DNA of 32,000 bases from Candidatus Electrothrix sp. GW3-4 (lineage in GTDB: Bacteria > Desulfobacterota > Desulfobulbia > Desulfobulbales > Desulfobulbaceae). Below the pieces are notes generated by a model. That model worked only from the letters and a program-made list of their open reading frames with translations, searched no databases and was not told the DNA's origin. The translations under genes were made by a program, and so were the position numbers. The stretch is from positions 780,001 to 812,000 of the forward strand of contig NZ_CP147990.1 of assembly GCF_037902255.1 (NCBI RefSeq), given 5' to 3'. Of the stretch, positions 6,514 through 14,578 are shown in pieces (positions within the stretch are counted from its first letter, which is position 1; every line of letters begins with the position of its first letter).

Positions 6514-8006
6514 CCTCCAGACCACATAAGAGCATACAGCATCCCGCATCTCCCCCTGCCATTCTGGCCTCAGCCACCTGGCCGGGCGGGCAGTGTGCAG
6601 AGCAGCGATTCGTTGACTCCTTCCGTATCGGTCGGGATCCGGCCTGTGCTATCCATATCCCTGATCCGGTGGTCAGTCGGGAGCACGCCGAGGTCGTGCT
6701 GCTGGCTGATAGCTGGTGGGTCCAGGATTGTAACAGCGCCAACGGTATCTGGTTGAACGGTCAGCAGGTGAACCGGGTAGCAATCAGCGAGCAGCTGCGG
6801 ATCGAGCTTGGGCGGGGTGGGCCCGTGCTGACTCTGTCCCCTCAGCAACCTGTTCTCCGGCAGGCAGAGGAGGCCGTCGCCGACACCATGTCCATGACCC
6901 ATTACCGGGAGCATTATTTCAGCGATAAGGACGACGGTGAGGCCGGGGAACACACCATGATGGTTCGACAGGCCTTTGCCCAGGTGAAGAAGAAGCAGCA
7001 GAGAACATACGGGGCCATTATCGCGGTTGTTGTCTGTCTCTTTTTCATGGCCGGTTCTGTGGCGGTGTATAAACATCTTCAGCTGCAAAAACAGCGAGAA
7101 CTCGCTGGTGAGATCTTCTATGCAATGAAGGAGCAGGAGATCGAATTTGCTGACCTCCTGCGGGCGGCCCGGGAAAGCGCAGATCCGGGAACCCGGGCCA
7201 AGGTGGAACAGTATAAACAGCGGGCCAGGGAGCTGGAAAACAGCTACACAGAATTTGTCGATACCCTGGGTATCTATGATAACAATATCAGTCCCCAGGA
7301 ACAGGCCATTCTGCGGACGGCCCGGATCTTCGGGGAATGCGAAGTCCTGGTGCCCGAGGATTTCACTGACGAGGTCATGCGCTATATCAAGAAATGGCAG
7401 TCAAGTCGTCGTTTCATCAAGGCCCTGGAGCGGGCTGAGGCGAATAACTATCCGGCGATTATCGCCCGGGCCCTGCGCCATTATTATCTGCCTCCGCAGT
7501 TTTTTTACCTGGCCCTGCAGGAAAGCAATTTCAACGTCAATGCTGTTGGCCCTGCAACCCGCTGGGGTATTGCCAAGGGGATGTGGCAGTTTATCCCGGA
7601 GACCGGTGCCCGCTACGGTCTCAGGATCGGTCCGCTTAAAGAAAAACGTGAGGTGGACCTTGGGGATGATCGGCATGATTTTGTCCGTTCAAGCGTGGCC
7701 GCAGCAAAGTACCTGCGGGATATCTACGACACCGATGCCCAGGCCTCTGGCCTGCTGGTCATGGCCTCCTATAACTGGGGGGAAAACCGGGTCATTCGTT
7801 TGGTCAAGGCCCTGCCAGCCAATCCCAGGGAACGGAATTTCTGGCAGTTTCTCAAAAAATATCGTAAAAAAATACCCAAGCAGACCTATGATTATGTCTT
7901 TTACATCTTTTCCGCAGCAGTGATCGGCGATAATCCGCGTCTCTTTGGTTTTGATCGTGATAATCCCCTTGATGACTCTGCGTTAATGGAAGAGCAGGGG
8001 CCTTAA
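6510..8006 (+). CDS. FHA domain - transmembrane helix - lytic transglycosylase (SLT) domain protein
   Basis: FHA: FRIGRDPACAIHIPDPVVSREHAEVVLLADSWWVQDCNSANGIWLNGQQV. TM helix: YGAIIAVVVCLFFMAGSVAVY. SLT: YLALQESNFNVNAVGPATRWGIAKGMWQFIPETGARYGL with the catalytic E-S motif, plus ASYNWGENRV. Confidence 0.85.
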   Translation: MTSRPHKSIQHPASPPAILASATWPGGQCAEQRFVDSFRIGRDPACAIHIPDPVVSREHAEVVLLADSWWVQDCNSANGIWLNGQQVNRVAISEQLRIELGRGGPVLTLSPQQPVLRQAEEAVADTMSMTHYREHYFSDKDDGEAGEHTMMVRQAFAQVKKKQQRTYGAIIAVVVCLFFMAGSVAVYKHLQLQKQRELAGEIFYAMKEQEIEFADLLRAARESADPGTRAKVEQYKQRARELENSYTEFVDTLGIYDNNISPQEQAILRTARIFGECEVLVPEDFTDEVMRYIKKWQSSRRFIKALERAEANNYPAIIARALRHYYLPPQFFYLALQESNFNVNAVGPATRWGIAKGMWQFIPETGARYGLRIGPLKEKREVDLGDDRHDFVRSSVAAAKYLRDIYDTDAQASGLLVMASYNWGENRVIRLVKALPANPRERNFWQFLKKYRKKIPKQTYDYVFYIFSAAVIGDNPRLFGFDRDNPLDDSALMEEQGP

Positions 8007-8032
8007 CCTCGGAAAACACCTCGGCAGGAGAT

Positions 8033-8818
8033 ATGGAGAAAAAGATATGGCTCAGCGCAATCGGGGCCAATAAAGAGACTGTGCAGGCGGTTATGGCGAA
8101 ACTGCAGGGCTATGGCCTTGCGGTGGATGGTCATTTTTTCACCGATGACCTGGAAAAAATGGCCTGGGCCGCTCCACGACAGCAGTTGTTGGCCAGTGAT
8201 GTTGCCCTGTGGCTGATCCTGGGCTCGGCAGCAGACCTGGCCCAGCCAACGGTTCGTTACGGACTGAGTATGTTGGCCCTGACGGTCCAGGCGGAGCGGG
8301 GACCGGGCTTTCCACCAATGATCATCCTCCAGGGTGAAGGAGAGGTTGTCTTGCCAGAGTCCCTGCCCTCACCCCTTGCTGATGCCCGGATCCTCTCCCT
8401 TGCCAATGACGCCTATGCCGCCAAGCTGGTTGCTGCCGCCCATACAGCAACGGTTCAGGTGAGTCAGCCCTCATACCGGCTGGATGTGTATGGGATTTCC
8501 CAGATTGGCCAGTGGTTTGAGGTCGGTCCCCGTGATGACGCTTGGCAGGGGGCGATATTCGGGGTCAGTTCGGGAGAGATTAGCCTGCATGCAGTGGGCC
8601 CAGCTGGCCAGCTGCCGGAAAGGTCTGTGCTCAACTATCCCCAGCAGGGCCTGGAGGTCAAATTGGGGGATTGCTGTTTTACGGCCTGGGCTGTCCAGAA
8701 TCCGCTTGATCTCAGCAGCTCCTATTATCTCAAGGTCGAAGGCAGTCCGGAGCGGATCATGTTTTGTCCCTATTCGTCTGAACAAGAGACCGAGGCCTAT
8801 ATCATCAGCCTGCAGTGA
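8033..8818 (+). CDS. Hypothetical protein (261 aa)
   Basis: Good AGGAGA ribosome-binding site, and co-directional with tight spacing after the FHA-SLT gene. No motif I recognise. The N-terminal ~100 aa alternate beta/alpha (KIWLSAIG...VALWLILGS), suggesting a flavodoxin/TIR-like fold; this is speculative. Confidence 0.6.
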   Translation: MEKKIWLSAIGANKETVQAVMAKLQGYGLAVDGHFFTDDLEKMAWAAPRQQLLASDVALWLILGSAADLAQPTVRYGLSMLALTVQAERGPGFPPMIILQGEGEVVLPESLPSPLADARILSLANDAYAAKLVAAAHTATVQVSQPSYRLDVYGISQIGQWFEVGPRDDAWQGAIFGVSSGEISLHAVGPAGQLPERSVLNYPQQGLEVKLGDCCFTAWAVQNPLDLSSSYYLKVEGSPERIMFCPYSSEQETEAYIISLQ

Positions 8819-8943
8819 TGACCTGATGGTCTGATGGCCTGTGGGTGAGGGCAGTTTCGTCGAGTCAGGTCAGCGCGTCCAAGGACGCTGAGCAAGAGTG
8901 GAAGCATTAAGCAAGGTGGAAGCATCAAGCAAGAGAAAGGATT

Positions 8944-9705
8944 ATGAGCGAACTGAACATCCCCCGTACCGATCTGAATAATAAGGAGTTTCTTGAACTC
9001 CGGCAGGCCACGGATAAGATCGCTGGTCTGCTCAGTCAGCGTCTCAAGGGGCAGCTTGCCACCCTGCGTCCGCTCTTTATCCCCCGTAAACTGCTCGGGA
9101 CCTATATAAAGAGCTCTTCGCAGCAGGAGATTAATGGCTCGGACAAGGCCTTTGCTGAATTGCAGGAGCGCTACAGCGCTCTCTGTGAGGCCCCGTTTCA
9201 GCTCCCGAAAAAGCTCCATCCGCCCCTGCCCGCCATAGCCAATGCCCTGGAATGTGTTCCCCTCCAATATGAACTGGCCATCGAGGGGGAGCGCGCTGTT
9301 ACCGTCACCTCACCCACCCGTTTTCTCCTCGCCTATCAATGCGAGTGCCCCCTGGAACGGCTGCGGGGCATGGTCCTGGGCAGGGAAGCGCGTCAGGAAG
9401 AGGAGATGCGTCAGGCCCTGATCTCCCATCTGGCCCTGGTCCTGCTGCTGGAACATTTTCCGGCCCTGAAGACCCTGCTGGAGGACCTGCGCTATCAAGT
9501 GGATACCTACCTGCTTCCCGACCTTGGTAAGCTGCCCGCCGTCATGATCACCGTACCGCTGACCACCTTTCTGCCGCCGGATAGCTTTATCACCGAGGTG
9601 ACCCAGCTCTCCGGCATCCCGGCCTTTCAGGAGATTATCGCCGCTGATGCGGTCAGCAATATCCCGGATCTCTTGCAGCAGGAGCTGGAGGAACTGGTCG
9701 GCTGA
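8944..9705 (+). CDS. Hypothetical protein (253 aa)
   Basis: GAAAGGA ribosome-binding site and an uninterrupted frame with protein-like composition. No recognisable motif. Lies between the 8033 gene and cas6. Confidence 0.6.
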   Translation: MSELNIPRTDLNNKEFLELRQATDKIAGLLSQRLKGQLATLRPLFIPRKLLGTYIKSSSQQEINGSDKAFAELQERYSALCEAPFQLPKKLHPPLPAIANALECVPLQYELAIEGERAVTVTSPTRFLLAYQCECPLERLRGMVLGREARQEEEMRQALISHLALVLLLEHFPALKTLLEDLRYQVDTYLLPDLGKLPAVMITVPLTTFLPPDSFITEVTQLSGIPAFQEIIAADAVSNIPDLLQQELEELVG

Positions 9706-9814
9706 GCGCTGTTAGCAGGTCTCAGGGATATGGGGAGAGGATGGGGTGCTTTGACCATGCCGCCAGGGGCGGGGGCCGTGCAGCAGGCAGAGATGAGCGT
9801 TCTGAGCAGGGGAG

Positions 9815-10783
9815 ATGGGTTCTTCCCCATGCGAGGAAGATCCGATTGATCCGAGAACAGGCCAAGAAATCATGCACAGACTCCAGGGGGATCTCCAGAT
9901 CCTGACCATCGCCAAATATCTCTTTCGTCTCCGGGCGGAAACAACGATCCGGCTGCCGCCGGACAAGGGCAGCGCCTTTCACGGTGCCTTTGGCCACGCC
10001 CTGAAGCGTATCTCCCCCTTTTATTACCAAGAGATCTTTGCACCGGGCCATGACAGGGCCAAGCCCAAACCCTTTGTCCTCCTGCCCCCTCTGGAGAGCA
10101 AGGAACACTATGCTGCTGGCCAGCCGTTGCACTGTGAGCTGACCCTGTTCGGCAGGGCAGGGCAGTTTTTCCCGATCTGTCACGCAGCTGTGGAGTTTCT
10201 TGGCAGGGAGATGGGGCTGGGCCTGAACCGGGGAAAATTTACTGTTGAAGGCGTAGACAAGGCCTGCCCGTCAGGTAGCAATTCATCTGCGGATCCAGCT
10301 GCTCTTACCTGTCTGGAGATTGTGCAAACCTGTCCGATTCCGATCAGAAACGATTCCCTGACCATCCACCTGCCCACCCGCCTGCGCCTCAAAAGCGACG
10401 GCCATCTGCTCTCCCAGCCCCCGGAGTTTCACCTTTTTTTTGCCAGATTGGTCGGGCGGATCAATACCCTGTCCAGCCTGTACGGTGGTGGTAAGATGGT
10501 AGGACCGGAACAACGCCAACAGCTGCTCAGCCAGGCCCAGGAGCGCATCCGCCTGGATGCGCAGAGAACCGATGCCTGCTGGCAGGACCTGCCCCGTTTT
10601 TCCGGGCGCCAGCAGCAATGGATGAAATTCGGCGGCCTGCTCGGGTCTGTGACCTGGCAGGGGACGCCAGAGGACTTCCGGCCCTTTCTGCCCTATCTGG
10701 CCATTGGGGAGTGGATCCATGTGGGCGGCAAGAGCAGTTTTGGTTTGGGGAAGTATCTGGTTGAACGGCAAAGCGAAATTTGA
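9815..10783 (+). CDS. cas6: CRISPR pre-crRNA endoribonuclease Cas6 (RAMP)
   Basis: N-terminal RLPPDKGSAFHGAFGHALK and the C-terminal glycine-rich RAMP loop WIHVGGKSSFGLGKY. Lies directly upstream of the leader and array on the same strand. The true start may be the ATG at 9872 (MHRLQGDLQ...). Confidence 0.75.
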   Translation: MGSSPCEEDPIDPRTGQEIMHRLQGDLQILTIAKYLFRLRAETTIRLPPDKGSAFHGAFGHALKRISPFYYQEIFAPGHDRAKPKPFVLLPPLESKEHYAAGQPLHCELTLFGRAGQFFPICHAAVEFLGREMGLGLNRGKFTVEGVDKACPSGSNSSADPAALTCLEIVQTCPIPIRNDSLTIHLPTRLRLKSDGHLLSQPPEFHLFFARLVGRINTLSSLYGGGKMVGPEQRQQLLSQAQERIRLDAQRTDACWQDLPRFSGRQQQWMKFGGLLGSVTWQGTPEDFRPFLPYLAIGEWIHVGGKSSFGLGKYLVERQSEI

Positions 10784-11029
10784 CCTGTTCTGCGCTGCAA
10801 CGCTGCCTGGAAGGGCTGAAAAAATGCTTGGCAGAGGGCATGTTCCGGTTTACAGTGCAATTTGCGCGAACCTCTTTGGGACAGAAAAAGCCGGGAGGTT
10901 CGCGATGCCCACGGTATGGGGGATAGAGTGGAAAACAGGGGTTTGATGCGGCCTTTGTTGCCTGCTTTTGAGGAGGTTCGCGGAAAATGCGTTTTTTGTA
11001 GTGCGGAAACAGGGGATTGCAGGGCGACA
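10784..11029 (+). promoter_or_regulatory. CRISPR leader
   Basis: Noncoding stretch between cas6 and the first perfect repeat, with the degenerate repeat at the opposite end of the array. Contains GAGGTTCGCG twice in direct orientation (10895-10904, 10973-10982) and once inverted (10865-10874). Confidence 0.5.
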
Positions 11030-11980
11030 GTTGTCTTTTGACCGGTTTTGGAACGGGGTTACGACAGGTTGATACTTGTTAATTCAAGTCACGGTGTGAG
11101 GTTGTCTTTTGACCGGTTTTGGAACGGGGTTACGACCTCGACCATGATGTCCCTACACACCAGTTTGACGTTGTCTTTTGACCGGTTTTGGAACGGGGTT
11201 ACGACCCTTGATAAACATTCTCAATTCTTTAGATAAAGCAGTTGTCTTTTGACCGGTTTTGGAACGGGGTTACGACCCGTTACATATCAGTGCCCTGAGA
11301 GAGTTCTGACGTTGTCTTTTGACCGGTTTTGGAACGGGGTTACGACCCAGGCTCTCCCGCTCAGAGAGGGCCGCCTTACCTAGTTGTCTTTTGACCGGTT
11401 TTGGAACGGGGTTACGACCAGCTTGGCCCGTTGTTCCGAGCCGCCCGCTGTGTGTTGTCTTTTGACCGGTTTTGGAACGGGGTTACGACCCCGCCTCTCT
11501 TGGCGGCGTGATAATGGATACCGTTGTCTTTTGACCGGTTTTGGAACGGGGTTACGACCCAGGCTCTCCCGCTCAGAGAGGGCCGCCTTACCTAGTTGTC
11601 TTTTGACCGGTTTTGGAACGGGGTTACGACCAGCTTGGCCCGTTGTTCCGAGCCGCCCGCTGTGTGTTGTCTTTTGACCGGTTTTGGAACGGGGTTACGA
11701 CCAATAATTGGTTGGTGTTTCCCGATTCCAATAATGTTGTCTTTTGACCGGTTTTGGAACGGGGTTACGACTTTTGTTACCTCTGGATTATTTGCTCATT
11801 TACCGGTTGTCTTTTGACCGGTTTTGGAACGGGGTTACGACGATCGGGCCGATAGTCATAAAGACGTTGATACTAGTTGTCTTTTGACCGGTTTTGGAAC
11901 GGGGTTACGACTCAATACCTTCAAGTTTATCAAGAGCATGCTTTGTTGTCTTTTGACCGGTTTTGGAACGGGGTTATGAG
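11030..11980 (+). CRISPR. CRISPR array: 14 repeats of 36 nt (GTTGTCTTTTGACCGGTTTTGGAACGGGGTTACGAC), 13 spacers of 33-36 nt
   Basis: Repeat starts at 11030, 11101, 11170, 11241, 11311, 11383, 11454, 11523, 11595, 11666, 11736, 11806, 11876 and 11945. Repeats 1-13 are identical. The last repeat (11945-11980) ends TTATGAG instead of TTACGAC. Spacers 5 and 6 recur as spacers 8 and 9. Confidence 0.95.
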
Positions 11981-12061
11981 GTAGGGGCGGTACCTCTGTG
12001 TTCGCCCAATGTGTACCACAATCGAGGTTGTTCCAGGGAAGACACGCAGGTCTTCCCCTAC
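11981..12061 (+). other. Conserved post-repeat block, copy 1 (candidate structured RNA / 5' UTR element)
   Basis: GTAGGGGCGGTACCTCTGTGTTCGCCCAATGTGTACCACAATCGAGGTTGTTCCA-GGGAAGAC-acgcag-GTCTTCCC-CTAC directly abuts the terminal repeat. Near-identical copy at 14383-14463 and a diverged copy at 16723-16797. Confidence 0.6.
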
Positions 12062-12194
12062 ATGGTTTCCCGGATTACAACGGATTGTAGGGGCGATCCT
12101 TTTGATCGCCCATTGTGATCCTCCTTTGTCATCGACCATAATAGGAGGTTGACAGGGCAGGCACAGGGGCCTGCACCCTACAAAGAGAAAAAAT

Positions 12195-13886
12195 ATGAAA
12201 ATTCCTTACGGTATCAGTAATTTCAGATCTCTTATCACCGAGGGATATCTCTATGTCGATAAAACACCTTTCATAGCAACCCTGGAAGAGCAGGGAAAAT
12301 ACAACATCCTGCTCCGTCCCCGCCGTTTCGGCAAAACCCTCTTTCTCTCCACCCTCCGCTCGTATTATGACATCCTGTGCAAGGATGAATTTGAGTCCCT
12401 TTTCGGCCATCTCGTTATCGGTCAAAGGCCCACCCCGCTGAAAAACAGCTATCAGATTCTCGCCTTTGACTTCAGCGGTATTGAAACCAGCAGCGAAGAA
12501 GATATCCGGCGCGGGTTCAACCGCAGAGTGGAAACCGCCCTGAAAAAATTTCTTAGGCGTTATGGCTATCCTTTGGAAACGGATCGGATTATAGAAAAAC
12601 AGACCAGCCCTGCCGATAAAATAGATTATTTTTTCACAGTACTGGAAGAAGCGAATATCTACCTGCTCATTGATGAATACGACCATTTTGCCAACGCCAT
12701 CCTTGGTGAAAGCCTGGAACTGTTCAGCGCAATCGTGGGCAAGGGCGGCTTTGTCCGGGCCTTTTACGAAGTCATCAAGACCGCGACCATGGAGGGTATT
12801 GTTGATCGCCTCCTGATCACCGGGGTGACCTCTATTACTCTGGACAGCATGACCAGCGGTTTTAACATTGGCAAGAATCTTTCCTTTGCCCAGGAACTGA
12901 ATCAGGCAATGGGCTTTACTGCCCAGGAAACTGAAGCAATGGTGCAACCTCTTGTTGAGGTCTGCGGGTTGGATAAGCAGGAAATGATGCAGAACCTGGC
13001 GAATTGGTATAACGGCTACCGCTTCAGTAGTCGCGCCGCCGAGAAGGTGTTTAATCCAGACATGGTTCTGTATTTCCTTGATAGCTTTAATAAGGAGGGA
13101 TGCCTCTGGCCAGAGCAGATGCTGGATGACAACATTGCCTCGGATTACGGTAAGATCATGCGGCTGTTCGGGATCGGGGATCGGGAGAGCAATTTCCAGA
13201 TCCTTGAGGAACTGCTGGTCAACGGTGAAATTGTGGGACGGCATAAGGGCAAATTGGATCTGGATACGCACAAACCCTTTGAGCGTGACGACTTTATCAG
13301 TCTGCTCCTCTACATGGGCTTTATCACCATCAGCGGTACAATGCTTGGCCAGTTGCGTTATGTGGTGCCCAACTATGTGATTCAAAAGCTGTATTACGGC
13401 TATTTCAGGGCAGAAATTGAGCAGCGGGCCCAAATCAGGGTGGAGAAACATACCCTGGAAAATGCTGTGGCCGAACTGGCCCTGCACGATAATATCACTC
13501 CACTGCTTGAAGAGATCCGCAAGGTCCTGACCCTGTTTTCCAACCGTGATTTCATGCGCATGGATGAAAAACACATCAAGACTGTGATCCTGACCCTGCT
13601 GTATCAGTCCGAGGTCTATTTCATCCGCAGCGAGGCTGAAGTGAACAAGCGTTACCCGGATATCCTCCTGCTGGAGCGCAAGCCTATTGCGGTGCGCTAC
13701 CAGTTCCTCTTTGAGCTGAAGTTCAGCAAGAAAAAGGAGGGGGACAAGGGGCTGGAGGCAAAACGGGCCGAGGGGATTGCCCAGATCAGGGCCTATCAGG
13801 AGCTCGCCGATATCAGGCGTCTGCCCAAACTGCAATCCTACCTCCTGCTCACCGATGGCACCGAGATTGAAGCGATTGCAGTGTGA
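12195..13886 (+). CDS. AAA-ATPase-like / PD-(D/E)XK nuclease (PDDEXK_9, DUF1703-type) protein, paralog 1
   Basis: N-terminus MKIPYGISNFRSLITEGYLYVDKTPFI and the P-loop LRPRRFGKTLFLS. Walker B YLLIDEYD. C-terminal nuclease motif YPDILLL...FLFELKFSK (D...ExK). 563 aa. Confidence 0.85.
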   Translation: MKIPYGISNFRSLITEGYLYVDKTPFIATLEEQGKYNILLRPRRFGKTLFLSTLRSYYDILCKDEFESLFGHLVIGQRPTPLKNSYQILAFDFSGIETSSEEDIRRGFNRRVETALKKFLRRYGYPLETDRIIEKQTSPADKIDYFFTVLEEANIYLLIDEYDHFANAILGESLELFSAIVGKGGFVRAFYEVIKTATMEGIVDRLLITGVTSITLDSMTSGFNIGKNLSFAQELNQAMGFTAQETEAMVQPLVEVCGLDKQEMMQNLANWYNGYRFSSRAAEKVFNPDMVLYFLDSFNKEGCLWPEQMLDDNIASDYGKIMRLFGIGDRESNFQILEELLVNGEIVGRHKGKLDLDTHKPFERDDFISLLLYMGFITISGTMLGQLRYVVPNYVIQKLYYGYFRAEIEQRAQIRVEKHTLENAVAELALHDNITPLLEEIRKVLTLFSNRDFMRMDEKHIKTVILTLLYQSEVYFIRSEAEVNKRYPDILLLERKPIAVRYQFLFELKFSKKKEGDKGLEAKRAEGIAQIRAYQELADIRRLPKLQSYLLLTDGTEIEAIAV

Positions 13887-13941
13887 GGGACCAGGCAGCG
13901 TACCCCTTGACCCGGATTTCATCCTGCTGTACGATGAAATT

Positions 13942-14042
13942 TGATGACCTGGTAAAAAGTCAGAAATTAGCAAATCGCTAACGACAACTCAGTAAGTTAC
14001 AATACGAAATATCGCGAAATCGGACTTTTTACGAATCCATCA
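13942..14042 (+). mobile_element. 101-bp MITE-like element with ~20-bp imperfect terminal inverted repeats
   Basis: Ends are TGATGACCTGGTAAAAAGTC ... GACTTTTTACGAATCCATCA. It is absent from the otherwise collinear paralogous site (16318-16330: GATGAAATTTGTCGTTTG). Flanked by AATT/AAATT on both sides. Second copy at 18466-18567. Confidence 0.7.
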
Positions 14043-14345
14043 AATTTGTTGTTTGCAGAGGCGGGCGTTGAAAAACGGCTGAAATGGCGAAAAAATAAAA
14101 GATGAATAAAATCAATAACCACGGCTCGTAAGTAAGAGTGGGGATGAAAAAGGAGGAAAAACAAGGAAAGTATTGTATGTTTAACAGGTTACGCGAAAGT
14201 GGGAGGTCGTTATGGGCCGCACATTGATTTCATTGAGAAAAATGGAATTTTTCAGGGTTTGGAGAGCGTCGGGGAGTCGTCGAAGCGGCATGAGCCGCAA
14301 ATGGCCATCTAGGTATCCGATTTCATTAAGCGAAAAAAGGGTACT

Positions 14346-14382
14346 GTTGTGGACTTGACCGGTTTTGGAACGGGGTTACGAG
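14346..14382 (+). repeat. Solitary degenerate CRISPR repeat (no spacers)
   Basis: GTTGTGGACTTGACCGGTTTTGGAACGGGGTTACGAG compared with the array repeat: the 3' 27 nt are intact except the last base, and the 5' part has CTTT changed to GGACT. It shares the ...GAG end with the degenerate terminal repeat of the array and is followed by the same conserved block. Confidence 0.8.
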
Positions 14383-14463
14383 GTAGGGGCGGTACTTCTG
14401 TGTTCGCCCAATGTGTACCACAATCGAGATTGTTCCAGGGAAGACACGCAGGTCTTCCCCTAC
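14383..14463 (+). other. Conserved post-repeat block, copy 2
   Basis: Near-identical to 11981-12061 with a few substitutions (TACTTCTG vs TACCTCTG; GAGATTG vs GAGGTTG). Same GGGAAGAC/GTCTTCCC hairpin. Confidence 0.6.
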
Positions 14464-14578
14464 ATTATTTCCCGGATTATAACGGTGTTCAGGGGCAACC
14501 TGTATTGAACGAAAAACGAGTCCCCCAAAAGCCCTGAAGGGGCTGTATCTATTAGCGAGGGGTAAGGTCCTGGTTTTC

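Noticed and set aside
5752-6549. 265-aa minus-strand ORF overlapping 5857..6513
   Set aside because: The plus-strand frame has the recognisable TIGR02270-like termini and is ATGA-coupled to the FHA gene. The minus-strand product is Cys/Arg-rich with no motif.
7147-7923. 258-aa plus-strand ORF in an alternative frame of the FHA-SLT gene
   Set aside because: The 6510..8006 frame contains the SLT catalytic motifs. The alternative frame is Arg/Pro/Ser-rich, as is typical of an off-frame read.
11048-11817. Track ORFs 11048..11236, 11384..11677 and 11596..11817, with recurring SFDRFWNGVTT / LLTGFGTGLRP peptides
   Set aside because: They are translations of the CRISPR repeats read through successive spacers. 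The periodic peptide is the repeat itself, not a protein.
12129-13973. 614-aa minus-strand ORF, the longest in the window, plus the 14552..15274 and 15596..16339 minus ORFs
   Set aside because: They are exactly antisense to the AAA-ATPase/PD-(D/E)XK genes. Those plus-strand products carry clear P-loop, Walker B and D…ExK motifs, while the antisense translations have no motifs. They are shadow ORFs.
14212-14358. 48-codon ORF (MGRTLISLRKMEFFRVW…) with a GGAGG ribosome-binding site in the leader-like region. It ends inside the solitary repeat and is conserved in length at 16491..16637.
   Set aside because: Comparing the two copies, roughly 14 of the codon differences are nonsynonymous and only about 2 are synonymous. 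There is no sign of purifying selection on the peptide, so the conservation is more likely at DNA or RNA level. A micropeptide or leader peptide cannot be fully excluded.
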